From positions 11,151 through 75,150 of the forward strand of contig JACRIV010000027.1 of NCBI GenBank assembly GCA_016220005.1: 64,000 nucleotides of DNA, in the 5' to 3' direction. Below the pieces are notes generated by a model. It made no database searches, was not told where the DNA came from, and was given only the letters and a program-made list of their open reading frames with translations. Below, one piece after another: positions 62,972-64,000 of this stretch (positions are counted from its first letter, which is position 1; each line of letters starts with the position of its first letter). The stretch comes from Deltaproteobacteria bacterium (GTDB lineage Bacteria; Desulfobacterota; Deferrimicrobia; Deferrimicrobiales; Deferrimicrobiaceae). Position numbers and translations under genes: made by a program.

Positions 62972-64000
62972 ATTTTCAACAGATGAAAGAGATGTTCCTG
63001 AGCTGGTGGGACCTGGTCCTCCAATACCGGAAGCCGCTGATGGCCGTGGGGGGGATTGTCCTCGGGATCCTTGTCGTCATCAACGGCGCCTTCTTCGTCT
63101 CGGCGTACTTCCCGAAATCCTGCGTGGTCTGCCACTACATGGATCCCTTTTACGCCCAATGGAAGACGTCGAAGCACGCCAGCGTCTCCTGCATCAAGTG
63201 CCACTCCTTCTCGCCCGTCTTCATCACGGTGACGACCCTGAAATACTGGACGGGGCTGTACAACCCCCGGCCGCACGCCAAGGTCAAGGACTCCGACTGC
63301 CTCGCGGCGGGGTGCCACGCGGGGCGGATCGAGAAGGGGAAGGCGAAACTGGGCGCCAACATCATCTTCGACCACCAGGAGCACATGGCGAAACTCAAGC
63401 GCGGCGAGAAGCTGCGCTGCACGACCTGTCATTATTCGATCGTCCAGGGAGAGCACATCGCGGTCGACACGAACGTGTGCTTCCTGTGCCACTTCAAGGG
63501 GATCAGCCAGGGACAGGCGCTGGGCGGCTGCCCGGGGTGCCACGGGACCCCGACCCGGACCGTGGAGCACGGCGGGTTCATGTTCTCCCACGACTCGTAC
63601 CTCAAGATCGGCGTCCAGTGCAAGCAGTGCCACATCCGCGTGGCGGCCGGGGACGGCAAGGTGAACGACTCCCATTGCTACGACTGCCACGTCGGGCGCC
63701 TGGAGAAGAAAAGCGACCCCCTGGCCCTTCACCGGGTGCACGTGACTTACAACGCGATCCAGTGCTTCCGGTGCCACGAGCCGATCCGGCACGGGGAGGT
63801 GGAGCTGGTCAAGACATTCGAGGTCCAGTGCGACGCCTGCCACAAGCGGCTCCACACCTACCAGAAGGAGATGTACATGGGCACGGGGGCGCGCGGCGTG
63901 CCGGACACCCCCTCCCGGATGTTCTCCGCCCAGGTGGCCTGCACGGGCTGCCACACCCGGTCCGTGGAGATGCGCGAGTCGGGGGTCGCTTACCCCGGCG
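62968..64000 (+). CDS. NapC/NirT/NrfH-like membrane-anchored multiheme cytochrome c (at least 10 CxxCH); 3' end beyond the window
   Basis: N-terminal TM helix, then CVVCHYMDPFYAQWKTSKHASVSCIKCH (NapC/NirT-type signature). Further motifs CTTCH, CFLCH, CPGCH, CKQCH, CYDCH, CFRCH, CDACH, CTGCH. ATG overlaps the upstream TGA. No stop before 64000, so it is absent from the ORF track. Confidence 0.75.
   Translation, partial: MNFQQMKEMFLSWWDLVLQYRKPLMAVGGIVLGILVVINGAFFVSAYFPKSCVVCHYMDPFYAQWKTSKHASVSCIKCHSFSPVFITVTTLKYWTGLYNPRPHAKVKDSDCLAAGCHAGRIEKGKAKLGANIIFDHQEHMAKLKRGEKLRCTTCHYSIVQGEHIAVDTNVCFLCHFKGISQGQALGGCPGCHGTPTRTVEHGGFMFSHDSYLKIGVQCKQCHIRVAAGDGKVNDSHCYDCHVGRLEKKSDPLALHRVHVTYNAIQCFRCHEPIRHGEVELVKTFEVQCDACHKRLHTYQKEMYMGTGARGVPDTPSRMFSAQVACTGCHTRSVEMRESGVAYPG

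Overview
This is a 64-kb window of high-GC (~68%) bacterial chromosome with deltaproteobacterial / Geobacter-like gene content. It is densely coding on both strands and has three notable blocks.

(1) 14.4–26.4 kb, minus strand: two consecutive outer-membrane porin-cytochrome electron conduits. A PhnD-like binding protein, a sensor kinase and an NtrC-type sigma-54 regulator sit upstream, followed by a sigma-54 promoter. Then comes an MtrA-like decaheme cytochrome with an MtrB/PioB-like 814-aa beta-barrel, a terminator, and a Geobacter Pcc-type trio (porin-like OMP, periplasmic 8–9-heme cytochrome, 10-heme lipoprotein cytochrome).

(2) 56.9–64 kb, plus strand: a translationally coupled operon built from three paralogous modules pairing a 9–11-heme cytochrome c with an FdnI-type di-heme cytochrome b. 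The first pair is fused (CbcL-like). A NapC/NirT-like multiheme cytochrome follows and runs off the window.

(3) A class II (B12-dependent) ribonucleotide reductase gene, nrdJ, interrupted by a ~456-aa intein. The intein carries an HNH endonuclease domain, sits at the catalytic NPC|GE site, and ends in Gln rather than the canonical Asn.

The rest is housekeeping or accessory: lemA plus a partial M48 peptidase, a U32 peptidase, an EF-G paralog, acyl-CoA dehydrogenase, a PaaI thioesterase, hpt (N-terminus disrupted at a G7 homopolymer), an MBL hydrolase, murJ, apbC, a GNAT, an enoyl-CoA hydratase, aconitase, uvrD, a DUF1848 protein, cspA, nfi, an AraC regulator, secG-tpiA-gap (no pgk), a 2-hydroxyacid dehydrogenase, a LEA_2 lipoprotein, a COG2509 FAD protein, a YhaM-like exonuclease, a PAS/GAF hybrid kinase, TraB/GumN, a TatD–radical-SAM fusion, metG, a PSP1 protein, holB and tmk.

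Two unrelated intergenic repeat families each occur twice: A is ~180–215 bp with conserved ends and unrelated cores; B is ~160 bp. No tRNA, rRNA or CRISPR array was seen.
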